Assembly: GCA_003551665.1 (NCBI GenBank)
Contig: PUNE01000127.1
Coordinates: 2,640 to 66,639, forward strand
Length of the DNA: 64,000 nucleotides
DNA from: Halobacteroidaceae bacterium
GTDB lineage: Bacteria > Bacillota > Halanaerobiia > B1SED10-174
Reading direction: 5' to 3'
The position numbers and the translations under genes are program-made. Under the pieces are notes generated by a model. That model made no database searches. It was given only the letters and a program-made list of their open reading frames with translations, and had not been told where the DNA came from. Below, in pieces: positions 1 through 8,973 of this stretch. Position 1 is the first letter of the stretch. Each line of letters opens with the position of its first letter.

Positions 1-1
1 T

Positions 2-211
2 GAAGATAAAACCGTAGAAGAAACAATTGAAATTGCGGTGCAGGTTAACGGCAGGGTTCGGGGCACTGTCCAGGTCCCCAGAGAAGCCGGAGAGGAAGAA
101 GTAAAAGAGGAGTTATTAAAAGTAGATTCAATCCGCCGCCACATTGATAATAAAGAAATTGTAAAGGAAATATATATTCCCGGGAGAATAATGAATATAG
201 TTGTGAAGTAA
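2..211 (+). CDS. leuS: Leucyl-tRNA synthetase, C-terminal fragment (gene starts upstream of the window)
   Basis: Frame-2 translation ...IEIAVQVNGRVRGTVQVPREAGEEEVKEELL...KEIYIPGRIMNIVVK* matches the conserved LeuRS C-terminal tail (QVNGK.R..i.v....e......a......gk...k.i.vPgk.vNiVv). TAA stop at 209-211. Confidence 0.8.
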   Translation, partial: EDKTVEETIEIAVQVNGRVRGTVQVPREAGEEEVKEELLKVDSIRRHIDNKEIVKEIYIPGRIMNIVVK

Positions 212-247
212 GAAAGGGCCGGCACTGGAAGAAGTGCCGGCTTTCCC
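212..247 (+). terminator. Rho-independent terminator after leuS
   Basis: GCCGGCAC (218-225) pairs with GTGCCGGC (234-241), 8-nt loop, followed by TTT. Confidence 0.6.
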
Positions 248-268
248 TCGCTGAGGGGAGGTGGTTTT

Positions 269-1831
269 TTGCAAAAGATAATCCTCCTTGATGGCTATAT
301 TGATGAACCATCCTGCCTGGGAGTTTCCCCCTATATTTCCCCCCAGATCAGGTATGTTTACGGTGCTCTTTTAAGAGGAGGGATAAAAAGAGAGCAGATT
401 TCTTACCTGACTGCAGATCAGGCCCGGGAAGAGATTCCCCCCGGGGACTGGCTTCTGGTTCTGGGAGGGACAACTGTTCCCGGCCGTTACCTTGGAGGGA
501 AGCCCCTTAGCCTGAAAGAAATGGAAAAAGTCGCTCTTAAACACCCGGCCAGGGAAAAGTGGTTGCTGGGGCCGGTAGTAGAAGCAGGCTTCAGGCCCCC
601 GGGCTACGATCATTATGTCGGGGAGGAACTGGTCCGAGAGGTAACAGGAAGGGTGAAGGGGGTTCGGGAGTTTTCCATTTCTTACCTGAGAGAAGTTGCT
701 CTGGAGGGAGCGGCTCTTTTGCCCTGCCATCCACGCTTTCCATACGTGATTGCGGAAATGGAAACCTACCGGGGTTGCCAGCGGCCTTCTCAATGCCTTT
801 TTTGTAGCGAAGGGTTTAGAAAGTTCCGCTATGTCCGCCCTGCTGAGGATGTTGTGGCCGAGGTGGGGGAGCTCGCTAACCAGGGAGCCCGCTATTTTCG
901 CCTGGGCTGTCAGCCCGATCTTTTGAGTTATAATGATGGCAGGAAAAATACCCTGGAAAGGTTATATGCAGGTATCAGGGAGGAAGTTCCTGGCCTTAAG
1001 GTTTTGCACCTGGATAATATAGAACCGGGAAGCCTGGCAGGAAGAAAGGATGCAGAGGCCCTTTTAAAGATAATAACCAGGCACAATACACCTGGAGACA
1101 TCGCTTCTTTCGGGCTTGAATCGGCCGATCCAGAAGTTATCAGGGTTAACAATATTGGGGTAACACCAGAAGAATGTAAAAAGGCAGTTGAACTGGTTAA
1201 CAGGATTGGGGGGGCAAGGGAAAAGGGCCTGCCCAGGCTTTTGCCTGGTTTGAATTTTCTGCACGGGCTCCAGGGAGAGAGCAAAAAAACCATGGATCTG
1301 AACCTGGAATTCCTCAGGGACCTTGTGAAAGAGGATTTTTTACTGCGGCGGATTAATATTCGCCAGGTAATTGCCCACGGGAATTACCCAAAAAAACCGG
1401 TGCCCAGAGGAGCATTTGAGCGTTACAAGGAAACCATTAACCGGGAAGTAAATCGCCCAATGCTGCAGAAAATATTCCCCCGGGGCCTGATATTCAACGA
1501 GGTTATTCCGGAAATAACTGATGGAAATATTACCTTCGGTCGCCCCCTGGGAACATACCCAGTACGAATCGGTATTCCGGGAAAGAAAAAACTCTTTCAA
1601 CCCCTGCAGGTAAAAATAATTGACCACGGTTTCCGGTCAATTACCGGAATTCAATACCCCTTCAATATTAATCAGGCTGAACACGAGGAACTCGTTTCCA
1701 TTCCGGGAATAGGGAAAAAAAGGGCGGCAGAGCTTATTCTTAACAGGCCATATTTAGACAGAAAGGACATGGAGGATCGGCTGGATAAGGAACTGGTGAA
1801 AACGCTTCAGGAACTGATTGATTGTTACTAG
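269..1831 (+). CDS. Radical SAM enzyme with C-terminal helix-hairpin-helix (COG1031-like)
   Basis: TTG start after GAGGGGAGGTGG. Cys triad YRGCQRPSQCLFCSE. C-terminal IPGIGKKRAAELI HhH motif. 520 aa. Confidence 0.7.
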   Translation: MQKIILLDGYIDEPSCLGVSPYISPQIRYVYGALLRGGIKREQISYLTADQAREEIPPGDWLLVLGGTTVPGRYLGGKPLSLKEMEKVALKHPAREKWLLGPVVEAGFRPPGYDHYVGEELVREVTGRVKGVREFSISYLREVALEGAALLPCHPRFPYVIAEMETYRGCQRPSQCLFCSEGFRKFRYVRPAEDVVAEVGELANQGARYFRLGCQPDLLSYNDGRKNTLERLYAGIREEVPGLKVLHLDNIEPGSLAGRKDAEALLKIITRHNTPGDIASFGLESADPEVIRVNNIGVTPEECKKAVELVNRIGGAREKGLPRLLPGLNFLHGLQGESKKTMDLNLEFLRDLVKEDFLLRRINIRQVIAHGNYPKKPVPRGAFERYKETINREVNRPMLQKIFPRGLIFNEVIPEITDGNITFGRPLGTYPVRIGIPGKKKLFQPLQVKIIDHGFRSITGIQYPFNINQAEHEELVSIPGIGKKRAAELILNRPYLDRKDMEDRLDKELVKTLQELIDCY

Positions 1832-1843
1832 GAGGTGTTCTGG

Positions 1844-2779
1844 TTGCAAAAAGATATTGATGCACTCCCGGGGGAAAGGTGGTTCCCGGAGGAAAATGAT
1901 TTTGGGGAAGAAATAGAAAAGTACTGGGGCTCCTGGGGAGTTGCTTCAGAAGTTTCCCAGCTAAAAGCCGTTCTGATGCGCAGGCCTGGAAAGGAAGTGG
2001 AAAATTTTTCTTATGAGGAAGTTCGCTTCCGAGCCCCGGTTTCAGCAGAAAAAATGCGGGAAGCCCACGACCGCCTGACCGATTGTTATCGAAGCTATGG
2101 GGTGGATGTTTATTATGTCGATGAACAGCGTACAGATAGGCCCAACGCTTTTTTCATGAGAGATTTAATGTTCATGACCCCTCAGGGGGCGATAGTTGGG
2201 AGGCCAGCCCATCCTACCCGCAGGGGGGAGGAAAGATATGTAGCCCAGGCTTTAGCCCGTCTGGGAGTGCCAATAATCAAGACCATTAATGGTCGTGGAA
2301 TTTTTGAGGGAGCCAATGCCATGTGGGTGGATTCCCAAACGGTTATTCTAGCTTCTGGGTCCAGGGGGAATGAGGAAGGTTTGCAACAGGTAAGGCTTGA
2401 ACTGGAACGCCAGGGTGTTGAAAATTTTATCTGGATGCAGATACCCTACGGTCATGCTCACATAGATGGGATTCTTAATTTGGCCCGTGAAGACCTGGTA
2501 ATGGTTCACGCTCCCCAGGTTCCATATGATGTTTGTGCTGCCCTGCAGGCAAAGGGCATCGAGGTAATTGAAGCGCCTTCAAGGACTGAGGCCAAGGAAA
2601 CAATGGGAATTAACTTTGTTGCAATCAGGCCCGGCCTTGTGGTCCAGGCGGAGGGAAATCCACGGTGCAGGGAGCTATTGGAGAAAAAGGGGGTCAAGGT
2701 TATCCCTGTTGATGTTTTTGAGCTTTTAAAAGGGTGGGGAGGAATCCACTGTGCAACAGGGTTTTTAAAAAGAGATTAG
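1844..2779 (+). CDS. Amidinotransferase-fold enzyme (arginine deiminase / dimethylarginine dimethylaminohydrolase-like)
   Basis: C-terminal GGIHCATG catalytic-Cys motif and HAHIDG. The ORF track starts at GTG 1835, but GGAGG (1831-1835) favours the in-frame TTG at 1844. Confidence 0.65.
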   Translation: MQKDIDALPGERWFPEENDFGEEIEKYWGSWGVASEVSQLKAVLMRRPGKEVENFSYEEVRFRAPVSAEKMREAHDRLTDCYRSYGVDVYYVDEQRTDRPNAFFMRDLMFMTPQGAIVGRPAHPTRRGEERYVAQALARLGVPIIKTINGRGIFEGANAMWVDSQTVILASGSRGNEEGLQQVRLELERQGVENFIWMQIPYGHAHIDGILNLAREDLVMVHAPQVPYDVCAALQAKGIEVIEAPSRTEAKETMGINFVAIRPGLVVQAEGNPRCRELLEKKGVKVIPVDVFELLKGWGGIHCATGFLKRD

Positions 2780-2798
2780 GGGCCGATTGGCCCCTATT

Positions 2799-3728
2799 TT
2801 AATTTATATTCAGTTTTCGGGTGAGTTCTTTGACTTCTTCTGCTGAATTATGCAGGGCTTTTAATTCTTCTTTCTCCAGGGGCAGTTCAATTATCCTTTC
2901 CACGCCTCCTTTACCCAGAAGGACTGGAACACTCAGGAAAACATCTGAGAGGTTGTATTCTCCCTGCAGATAAACCGAACAGGGAAGAATAGCTTTTTCA
3001 TCCCGGAGAATTGCCTGGGCCATTTTCCAGACTGCTGCTGCCGGAGCATACATGGAACTTGTTCCCATGAGCTTGATGATTTCTCCTCCTGCTCCCCGGG
3101 TTCTTTCTATTACTTCCTTAATTTCATCATGTTCAAGGACCTGGTCCAGGGGTTGTCCGGCAATAAAGGAATTAGATCCAACAGGAACCATGGAATCTCC
3201 ATGTCCTCCCAGAACCGTGGTTAAAATGTTTTCAATAGCCACCTGGTGTTTTTCCCGGATAAAATGGGCGAGCCTTCCTGCATCCAGCACCCCTGACATA
3301 CCCATTACCCGGGAGGATTCAAAATTGCTGATCTCCAGAGCCAGGTGAGCCATTGCATCCAGGGGGTTGGTGACCACTATTATGAAAGAATTCGGGCTTT
3401 TTTGCTGGATGGAATCTACCAGCGACGTTATGATTTCTCCGTTCTGGGCAAGAAGGTCATCCCTTGTCATATCAGCAGTCCGTCTCTTGCCTGCAGTAAT
3501 AACAACTAGATCTGAATTTGAAGTATCCTCAATATTTCCTGTTCCGGTTATCTGGCTGTTGGTTCCCCAGATCGATGCCAGGTGCATGATATCCAGGGCC
3601 TTGCCTGCAGCCATATCCCCTTTGATATCATAAAGGGTAACGTCCCCCAGATCCTTAAGAAAAAGGAATAGGGCGGTATTTGCTCCAACATTTCCCGCTC
3701 CAATGATACTGATTTTGGGTCTGGCCAT
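2799..3728 (-). CDS. mdh: NAD-dependent malate dehydrogenase (LDH-like MDH family)
   Basis: N-terminal KISIIGAGNVG Rossmann motif, GGHGDSMVP motif typical of Bacillus-type MDH, 309 aa. Confidence 0.8.
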   Translation of the reverse strand: MARPKISIIGAGNVGANTALFLFLKDLGDVTLYDIKGDMAAGKALDIMHLASIWGTNSQITGTGNIEDTSNSDLVVITAGKRRTADMTRDDLLAQNGEIITSLVDSIQQKSPNSFIIVVTNPLDAMAHLALEISNFESSRVMGMSGVLDAGRLAHFIREKHQVAIENILTTVLGGHGDSMVPVGSNSFIAGQPLDQVLEHDEIKEVIERTRGAGGEIIKLMGTSSMYAPAAAVWKMAQAILRDEKAILPCSVYLQGEYNLSDVFLSVPVLLGKGGVERIIELPLEKEELKALHNSAEEVKELTRKLNIN

Positions 3729-3733
3729 AAAAT

Positions 3734-4900
3734 TTAACCCTCCCTGCTTTTTAAGAATTGTTCCATCCTATCCATCCCCTCCGCAATTTCCTCCAGCGAG
3801 GTTGCAAAGGAAATGCGGACATAACCAGGGGCACCAAAAGCGCTGCCGGGTACCAGGGCAACCCCCTGTTCTTCCAGCAAATCCCTGCAGAAACTAAAAT
3901 CATCTTGTTCAATGTCTCCTATATAGGGAAAGACGTAGAAAGCTCCCTGGGGTTTTTGGAGTTGAAGGCCGGGCATTTTTTCCAGCCTTTTAACAATAAA
4001 TTTACACCTTTCTGCGAATGCTCTGACCATTATTTCTACCGAGCTCTGATCCCCGGAAAGTGCTTCAAGAGCCGCTTTCTGGGCAATGGAATTGGGGTTA
4101 GAAGTATAGTGCCCCTGGATCCGTCCCATGGCACCAATCAGTTCTTTTGGGCCTGCACCCCAGCCAATTCTCCATCCTGTCATGGAATATTTTTTGGACA
4201 CAGCATTAACCACGAGTGTTTGTTTTTGAATTTCGGGGTCAATGGTAGCAATTGAAATATGCTGGTTATCTCCATAAACGAGAAAATCATAGACTTCATC
4301 TGTAATAATCCAGATTTGATGTTTCTTTGCCAGCCGGGCCAGTCCAGCCAGGGCATTTTCGCTATAGACTCTTCCGGTGGGGTTGCTTGGCGAGTTGACA
4401 ATAATTGCACGGGTCCGGGGAGTTATGGCTTTTTCAACTGCTGTTAAATCCAGATCGAAAGTCGGTGCTTCAAGAGGAATGAAAACGGGTTTTGCCCCCG
4501 CCATTTTAGCCATTTCCGGGTAGCTCACCCAGTAGGGTGCAGGTATAATTACTTCATCGCCGGGATTGCAGCAGGCCATGATTGCCGTTGCCAGGACCTG
4601 TTTGGCACCATTGCCAACAATAATCTGACCGGGATTATAATCCAGGCCAAGGCTGCTTTTGATTTGGGCTGCTGCGGCTTCTTTTAAAGGGGTTATACCA
4701 GTTGCAGCTGTGTACTTGGTAAAACCATCCAGCATTGCTCTGTGGGCGGCTTCTTTAATATTGTCTGGGGTGTCAAAGTCAGGCTGTCCAGCTCCAAAAC
4801 TGATAACATTTTCCCCGGCCTCTTTTTTTTCGTTAACCTTAGCTGTAATTTCCAGTGTGGGAGAAGGGGGAATGTTTTCCACCAGGTGAGAAAGTTTCAT
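3734..4900 (-). CDS. Class I PLP-dependent aminotransferase (aspartate aminotransferase-like)
   Basis: SKKYSMTGWRIGW PLP-lysine motif, NPSNPTG, 388 aa. Lies 5 nt from mdh on the same strand. Confidence 0.8.
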   Translation of the reverse strand: MKLSHLVENIPPSPTLEITAKVNEKKEAGENVISFGAGQPDFDTPDNIKEAAHRAMLDGFTKYTAATGITPLKEAAAAQIKSSLGLDYNPGQIIVGNGAKQVLATAIMACCNPGDEVIIPAPYWVSYPEMAKMAGAKPVFIPLEAPTFDLDLTAVEKAITPRTRAIIVNSPSNPTGRVYSENALAGLARLAKKHQIWIITDEVYDFLVYGDNQHISIATIDPEIQKQTLVVNAVSKKYSMTGWRIGWGAGPKELIGAMGRIQGHYTSNPNSIAQKAALEALSGDQSSVEIMVRAFAERCKFIVKRLEKMPGLQLQKPQGAFYVFPYIGDIEQDDFSFCRDLLEEQGVALVPGSAFGAPGYVRISFATSLEEIAEGMDRMEQFLKSREG

Positions 4901-5024
4901 GGAAAAACCTCCTTATGTTTTTCTTCTTCCTTACTATTTCGCCGGGGTAATTCATTAACCTTTAAACCAAAACAAAAACTACCTCTGGTTATTAATGCAA
5001 TTAATTGGAAGCAAGGGACCAAAC

Positions 5025-5052
5025 TTGACAATGCGGAAAATTGTGCTATACT
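5025..5052 (+). promoter_or_regulatory. Sigma-A type promoter (TTGACA, 16-nt spacer, TGcTATACT extended -10)
   Basis: TTGACA 5025-5030 and TATACT 5047-5052 with TG two nt upstream. Precedes the 113-aa HTH gene. Confidence 0.55.
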
Positions 5053-5088
5053 TGTAGCATAGATGTTGCATTTTTGGGGGGATAAAAT

Positions 5089-5430
5089 GTGGTGAAGAGA
5101 AAAGTCACCCAAAAGGAAAAAACCAATTTAATCCATGCCACGGAAAAAGCACTCAGAGAACTAAATGAGGGCGGGGAAAAAATTGATTTTCAAGCCGTTG
5201 CGAGGAAACTGGGAGTTGCAAGGTCTACTCTTTACAGGAATCAAACGGTTTATAGTTTGATTAATAATGCCCGCCACAATCAATTTTTTGTCAGTGACCC
5301 CATTAATCATTTCCAGAGAGAAATTGAGGGAATCAAGGGAAGGTTGGAGGAGTTGGAGGAGAAGGTGGCCCGGATTATGGAAAAAGAACAGGTTTCCCCC
5401 CCCAATAAATTATCAAAAGGAGGAAGGTAG
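5089..5430 (+). CDS. Small helix-turn-helix plus coiled-coil protein, function unknown
   Basis: IDFQAVARKLGVARSTLYRN HTH-like segment followed by heptad-rich EIEGIKGRLEELEEKVARIMEKE. GTG start 8 nt after GGGGGG. Confidence 0.55.
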   Translation: MVKRKVTQKEKTNLIHATEKALRELNEGGEKIDFQAVARKLGVARSTLYRNQTVYSLINNARHNQFFVSDPINHFQREIEGIKGRLEELEEKVARIMEKEQVSPPNKLSKGGR

Positions 5431-5432
5431 TA

Positions 5433-6455
5433 GTGAAGATTAAAGAGAGAGCAGTGGTCAGGATGGCGACTGTACTATTAATGCTATTCATGGTGTTTTC
5501 TTGGAGTCCTCAAGTTGATGCGCAGGAACAAATGGTTTTTGCCGATTTTAACTGGGATAGTGTCCAGGTCCACAACAGAATTGCAGGTTTTATTGCCAAG
5601 CATGCCTTTGGCTTTGAACCGGTATATGAGTTTGGAGAAACTGTTCCCCTGATTACCGGTCTGCGGCGCGGTGATGTTGATGTTTCCATGGAGATGTGGG
5701 TTGATAATACTCGAGAAATCCATGAAGAAGCAATGGAAGCCGGAGATATTATTGATTTAGGGCCCAATTTCCCCGATTCTCCCCAGGGCTGGTATATTCC
5801 GACCTTTGTAATTGAAGGGGATGAAGATCGTGGTATTGACCCAATAGCTCCTGATTTAAAATCCGTTTTTGACCTTCCCGATCACTGGGAACTATTCCGC
5901 GATCCTGAAAACCCTGATAAGGGACGCTTTTACAATGCTCCTCCAGGATGGGTTGTACACGACATTAATATTACCAAATTTGAAACCTATGGGCTCGATG
6001 AGCATTTTGAAATCTTCAATCCTGGTTCTGACGCCGCCCTGGCAACTGCTTTTGTCACGGCTTACGAACGGGGAGAACCCATTATCGGGTATTACTGGGA
6101 GCCCACCTGGTTGACTGGTCTATTAGATCTGACCATGCTGGAAGAACCTCCCTATGACTCCGAACAGTGGGAAGAAGATAAAGGTACTGAATTTAACCCC
6201 TGCCCGGTCCATATTGCGGTAAACTCTGGTCTGGTCGAAAAATCGCCCCAGATGGTTTCCTTCCTGGCTCACTACGAAACCACCATGGACCAGAACAATG
6301 AAATTCTTGCCTACATGAGGGAAGAGGAAGCTTCAATCGAAGAAGCAGCTTTATGGTTTTTGGACAATTACAGGGATGTTTGGCATGAATGGTTCGTCCA
6401 GGACAGCTTAATAGAAAAAGTAGAAGCGGCTATAGCCGAGGAGCTTGGTAACTAG
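5433..6455 (+). CDS. opuAC: Glycine betaine/proline betaine ABC transporter substrate-binding protein
   Basis: Signal peptide, then FADFNWDSVQVHNRIAGFI... and IIGYYWEPTW, typical of ProX/OpuAC. Very acidic. Confidence 0.75.
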   Translation: MKIKERAVVRMATVLLMLFMVFSWSPQVDAQEQMVFADFNWDSVQVHNRIAGFIAKHAFGFEPVYEFGETVPLITGLRRGDVDVSMEMWVDNTREIHEEAMEAGDIIDLGPNFPDSPQGWYIPTFVIEGDEDRGIDPIAPDLKSVFDLPDHWELFRDPENPDKGRFYNAPPGWVVHDINITKFETYGLDEHFEIFNPGSDAALATAFVTAYERGEPIIGYYWEPTWLTGLLDLTMLEEPPYDSEQWEEDKGTEFNPCPVHIAVNSGLVEKSPQMVSFLAHYETTMDQNNEILAYMREEEASIEEAALWFLDNYRDVWHEWFVQDSLIEKVEAAIAEELGN

Positions 6456-7330
6456 TGACCAAGGCAATTGAAGTAAAAGACCTGTGGAAGGTCTATGGAC
6501 CCAGAAAAGAAAATGTACCCCTTGATCAACCGGAGAAGTTATCGAAAATGGAAGAAAAACGGGAAGCCGTTGTTGCAGTCCGCGATGTTTCTTTTTCCGT
6601 TGACTCCGGGGAAGTCTTTGTGGTAATGGGTCTTTCCGGCAGCGGGAAATCAACCCTGATCAGGTGTTTGATGCGGCTGGTGGAGCCGACTGCAGGCAGC
6701 ATTAATATGAACGGGGAAGATGTTTCTTCCCTTAGCAACCAAGAATTAACTCAATTCCGGCGGAATGCGGCGGCCATGGTGTTTCAACACTATGGCCTCC
6801 TTCCCCACCGGACTGTCCTGGAGAATGTTTCATTTGGTTTAAATTTAAAAAAGGTCCCTCGCAGGGAGCGGGAAGAAAGAGCCAGGGAATTGCTCAGCAC
6901 CGTTGGGCTGGAGGGATGGGATAATTATTATCCAGCAAATCTAAGTGGAGGTATGCAGCAACGAGTAGGAATTGCAAGGGCCCTTGCTTCCGACCCACCA
7001 ATTTTGCTAATGGATGAGCCATTTAGCGGACTGGATCCGCTGATTAGGCGAGAGATGCAGGAAGAAATGGTTGACCTCCACCAAAAAACAAACAAGACAA
7101 TTTTCTTTGTTACCCATGACCTTGATGAAGGGATGCGCCTGGGTGACCGGATGGCAGTAATGCGCGGGGGATCTTTTGTCCAGGTTGGAACACCCGAAGA
7201 AATTCTGGATGACCCTGCAGATGAATATGTTGCCCGTTTTGTCCAGGATAAAAAAGAAATGTTTCAAGAAGCGGAAAAAGAAAACAAAGGCAAGCAGGAT
7301 AGAAAGGGGTTGACAGAGGATGTTTCCTGA
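6455..7330 (+). CDS. opuAA: Quaternary-amine ABC transporter ATP-binding protein (no CBS domains)
   Basis: Walker A GLSGSGKST, signature LSGGMQQRV, Walker B LLMDEPFS, H-loop VTHD. Only 291 aa, ending in a Lys/Glu-rich tail. Confidence 0.8.
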   Translation: MTKAIEVKDLWKVYGPRKENVPLDQPEKLSKMEEKREAVVAVRDVSFSVDSGEVFVVMGLSGSGKSTLIRCLMRLVEPTAGSINMNGEDVSSLSNQELTQFRRNAAAMVFQHYGLLPHRTVLENVSFGLNLKKVPRREREERARELLSTVGLEGWDNYYPANLSGGMQQRVGIARALASDPPILLMDEPFSGLDPLIRREMQEEMVDLHQKTNKTIFFVTHDLDEGMRLGDRMAVMRGGSFVQVGTPEEILDDPADEYVARFVQDKKEMFQEAEKENKGKQDRKGLTEDVS

Positions 7331-8171
7331 TGCGTGGGAGTTTAGCATAGCACGATGGATCAATGATTTTACCAACTGGCTTTTAACAACTTTTTCAGCA
7401 TTTTTCGATGCTCTGTCGGGGATCATCCTTTCGCTCCTATTAAATATCCATTCTGGACTGGAAACTATCCCCTGGTGGATTTATATCCTGGCTATTGCTC
7501 TAACTGCTTTTTTCACCACAAAAAAGATTGGACTTACTATAGTTTTGAGTATTTTACCGGTTATTGTCGGGCTTTTCGGCCTGTGGGACCTGGCCATTGA
7601 AACAATTGCCATCGTTTTAACTGCAGTTGTTATTGCCATAATCATTGGTATTCCCTTAGGAGTTATTATGGCTGAGTTTAAAAGGATGGAAGGTCTGGGC
7701 CGGCCTATTCTTGATGCCATGCAGACCATGCCCAGTTTCGTTTACCTCATCCCAACAATGATGCTTTTTGGCCTGGGGAAAGTACCCGCAGTCCTGGCAA
7801 CGGTAATTTATGCTGTCCCACCGGTAATCAGGCTTACAAACCTTGGTTTGCGCCAGGTATCCCAGGAGGTCCAGGAGGCTGCACTGGCTTATGGAGCTAC
7901 CCGTTTTCAACTTCTCAAAGAAGTGCGCATTCCGCTGGCCATGCCCTCCATCCTTGCAGGCGTTAACCAGACAACCATGATGGCTCTGGCCATGGTGGTT
8001 ATTGCGTCAATGATTGGTGGAGGTGGACTGGGGTATGAGGTTCTTGTTTCCATCAACAGAATTGACGTGGGAAGGGGTTTTGAGGCAGGTATTAGCGTAG
8101 TAATTCTGGCTATTGTAATTGACAGGCTCACCCAGGGTTTTGCCAAGCGCTTCGAACCCCCGAGCAACTAA
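7320..8171 (+). CDS. opuAB: Glycine betaine ABC transporter permease
   Basis: Multi-TM protein with the EAA-type loop AALAYGATRFQLLKEVRIPLAMPSILAG. Overlaps opuAA by 11 nt. Confidence 0.8.
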   Translation: MFPDAWEFSIARWINDFTNWLLTTFSAFFDALSGIILSLLLNIHSGLETIPWWIYILAIALTAFFTTKKIGLTIVLSILPVIVGLFGLWDLAIETIAIVLTAVVIAIIIGIPLGVIMAEFKRMEGLGRPILDAMQTMPSFVYLIPTMMLFGLGKVPAVLATVIYAVPPVIRLTNLGLRQVSQEVQEAALAYGATRFQLLKEVRIPLAMPSILAGVNQTTMMALAMVVIASMIGGGGLGYEVLVSINRIDVGRGFEAGISVVILAIVIDRLTQGFAKRFEPPSN

Positions 8172-8178
8172 AAATGAA

Positions 8179-8207
8179 GGCACCTGTTTTTGCAGGTGCT
8201 TTTTTTT
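8179..8207 (+). terminator. Rho-independent terminator after the betaine operon
   Basis: GCACCTG (8180-8186) pairs with CAGGTGC (8193-8199), then T8. Confidence 0.8.
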
Positions 8208-8303
8208 CGGGGAAAAAGAAACTTAAAAAGAAATTTAATAGGGTTATAGCCTTCCAAAAAAGAAGAATGGAAAAACTCCTTACAAAAAAGGGGCTTTAGT
8301 TGT

Positions 8304-8332
8304 TTGACATGAGGGGAAACCCCTGTTAGAAT
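8304..8332 (+). promoter_or_regulatory. Near-consensus sigma-A promoter
   Basis: TTGACA 8304-8309, 17-nt spacer, TAGAAT 8327-8332. Confidence 0.65.
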
Positions 8333-8380
8333 TAAATAAAAATACCAAATTAAAAATAATTATAAGAAAGGAGTGACCCC

Positions 8381-8569
8381 ATGATTTGCTCATATGCGGC
8401 CATGGATAAGGAGAAACTGGAAGGCTTAAAGGCTCTGGAGAAGGAATTGGGTTCGATCCTTCTTGCTTTTTCCTGCAAAGAAGTTACGCCAGCAAAGCTT
8501 TCCTCCGAGCAACTAGAAAAAATAAAGAACCTGGAGAAAGAACTGGGGATGGTTATTGTAGCTATTTAA
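8381..8569 (+). CDS. 62-aa protein with an internal duplication, function unknown
   Basis: ATG 7 nt after AAAGGAG. Two copies of a 20-aa unit: EKLEGLKALEKELGSILLAF and EQLEKIKNLEKELGMVIVAI. Confidence 0.55.
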   Translation: MICSYAAMDKEKLEGLKALEKELGSILLAFSCKEVTPAKLSSEQLEKIKNLEKELGMVIVAI

Positions 8570-8660
8570 TTTTTGAGTCTATAAATTTTTTTATACCCGG
8601 GGTATTTTTGAGAACCTGGTCTGATGGAGTTTTGTTGAAGGTCTGCCGGGGGTGAAATTG

Positions 8661-8689
8661 TTGACTCTGGAGGATCCCTGTGGTAAAAT
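8661..8689 (+). promoter_or_regulatory. Sigma-A promoter driving the ileS leader
   Basis: TTGACT 8661-8666, 17-nt spacer, TAAAAT 8684-8689. Confidence 0.6.
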
Positions 8690-8695
8690 AACTCC

Positions 8696-8945
8696 AAATA
8701 GGCTAGGAGCGGGAGGAGTACCCATTACTGACTCTTATAGCGAACCGGGGCTGGTGGAAGCCCGGTAGATAGGAAGTGGGGAATATCACCCGGGAGCTGC
8801 AGACTGAATTATCAGTAAGTCTGTCGGTTGCCTCACCGTTAACAGGGGTAGGGCATTGGAGTGCCTGATTGAGTGGGCTATTTTGGCCAATTAAGGTGGT
8901 ACCGCGGGAAACCCCGTCCTTAAAGAGGATCGGGTTTTTTTTATT
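8696..8945 (+). promoter_or_regulatory. T-box riboswitch leader with Ile (AUC) specifier
   Basis: T-box sequence AATTAAGGTGGTACCGCGGG at 8889-8908. Candidate specifier GAATATCA (ATC 8785-8787 followed by a purine). Terminator AAACCCCGTCC...GGATCGGGTTTTTTTTT at 8909-8943. Confidence 0.85.
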
Positions 8946-8973
8946 GCCAGCATTAAGCAAAGGAGGAAGAAGG

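Noticed and set aside
8869-8973. ORF-track N-terminal extension of ileS (start at 8869)
   Set aside because: This stretch is the T-box, antiterminator and terminator of the leader RNA. A canonical ATG with AAAGGAGG lies at 8974, and the protein homology begins there.
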